Below, in pieces: positions 22,158 to 23,453 of a DNA stretch of 23,453 nt. This stretch comes from Bugula neritina (taxonomy: Eukaryota; Animalia; Bryozoa). Under the pieces are notes generated by a model. It saw only the letters and a program-made list of their open reading frames with translations, was not told the DNA's origin and ran no database searches. The DNA lies in NCBI GenBank assembly GCA_964035545.1, contig CAXIUT010000048.1, positions 1-23,453 on the forward strand. Reading direction: 5' to 3'. Numbering within the stretch: the stretch's first letter is position 1; each line of letters opens with the position of its first letter. Position numbers and translations under genes: made by a program.

Positions 22158-23288
22158 TCATACTATTATCATTATTCCCTATTTAATTAACTCCTCTATT
22201 TCCTCTCGAAATAACTGCACTCTTTATCCTCTCCGATTAAATACATAACTATTTGTGTCAGCATATCTCAAGTAGTCGTAGTTATCAATCCAACACGAAA
22301 GAGCTTGACCTCTGCGTTGAGCCATCTAGATTATCAGTTCATAGTTTTAAGAGTGCTAAGAAGGATAGAAAAAGCAGTCATCTAAAAATGATACATCATA
22401 TTGATTTGGTTGATTAAAACCTTTAGGAGAATCTATCCCAATACTCTCAATACTCTACCTTGTTTGAGATGACTGTTTTAAGTTTTTAGACTTAAGAAAA
22501 GCTATCTAATGTTCTAGTTCTTAAATTTTTATTAAATTTGATTTAATATTCGTTGTACTTCTTTATTTAAGTTTATCTAATTTATTACCAAAGTATGATA
22601 GTACATTTTATGTTAAGTTATTGACTTTTTCATTATTTTGAACATTAAATTCATCATAGTAAGTAGTTATTATTCTCACTTTTTCTTCAAGATCTTTAAT
22701 CTTTATTCTTAATAGACTATTATGTTTCTCAGAAGATTGTTTCTAATTCTTTTACTGATTATATTTACATAGTTTTTCTAGTTATAAAATTTTTCTTTCT
22801 TTATTTTCTAATTATCGAGAGTTGTTTAATATTTTTACTTGAAGTTATCTTATTTGATTGGCATAATCATTTAAACTTAGCCCAAAAGACCTTTCTAGTT
22901 CTATAAATTTCTCTTCATAAACCTTTTTCAGTTCTAAAAATGAATTATTAGTTGTTTCAGGTTGAATGATTGAAATTTAGCAGTCTTCTAATCTGCTAGA
23001 TCTGAGTGATGCAAAATTTCCTTTATTTTATCCTTTAAAACTTGACTTTTTCTTTAAAACTAACTCCTGTTCATTTCTTTTACTATTGCTGGCTAGTGGT
23101 TGTTTCTGGCAAGTAATAGATAACTTTTTCTGTATAGGTATTTTGATAAATTTCTTATTAACATTTGTATTAGGCAGATAAGAAACTTTATTGTGAGATT
23201 GAGTTCTGATGTGAGAGTTGCTAGGAGAAACAATCGATGTATTGAGAGATGAGTATCCTGATGGTAGTTGGGAGGTATTAATGAACAT
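22158..23288 (-). CDS. Hypothetical coiled-coil protein (376 aa)
   Basis: 1131-nt frame extending the supplied ORF 23028-23288 through TAR codons. Ser-rich N-terminus, heptad-rich middle and C-terminal YVFNRRGERVQLFREEIEELIKEG. Confidence 0.78.
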
Positions 23289-23348
23289 TTAAATAATTTC
23301 TATTTTCTATAATATAGTTATTAAAGCTCCATATTTCAAATAAAAATA

Positions 23349-23453
23349 GGGGTTGGGGTTGGGGTTGGGGTTGGGGTTGGGGTTGGGGTTGGGGTTGGGG
23401 TTGGGGTTGGGGTTGGGGTTGGGGTTGGGGTTGGGGTTGGGGTTGGGGTTGGG
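23349..23453 (+). repeat. Right telomere (GGGGTT)n
   Basis: Perfect tandem GGGGTT running to the end of the window. Confidence 0.98.

Overview
This is ciliate macronuclear DNA: AT-rich, capped by (C4A2)n at the left end and (G4T2)n at the right end, with a degenerate internal G4T2 tract at 18102-18176. It holds about 19 tightly packed protein genes with very short GTA...AG introns, mostly 20 nt. The supplied standard-code ORF track is mostly artefact because TAA and TAG are sense codons. Conserved motifs (Nudix box, MORN, alpha/beta hydrolase, dcd1/C45) show they encode Glu, as in the peritrich-type code, not Gln. Every gene ends in TGA, yet TGA also occurs in frame inside at least two otherwise continuous genes, including at the expected invariant Trp of a PH-like domain. 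This suggests an ambiguous code: TAR=Glu and TGA=Trp or stop. Recognisable products are a ricin-B lectin, an LRR protein, URI1/Bud27, an RCC1-repeat protein, an MGRN1/LOG2-like RING E3, an alpha/beta hydrolase, a MORN protein, a Nudix CoA diphosphatase, a dcd1-like Ntn hydrolase and a TMEM151-like protein. All translations and family assignments were made by eye; no searches were run.
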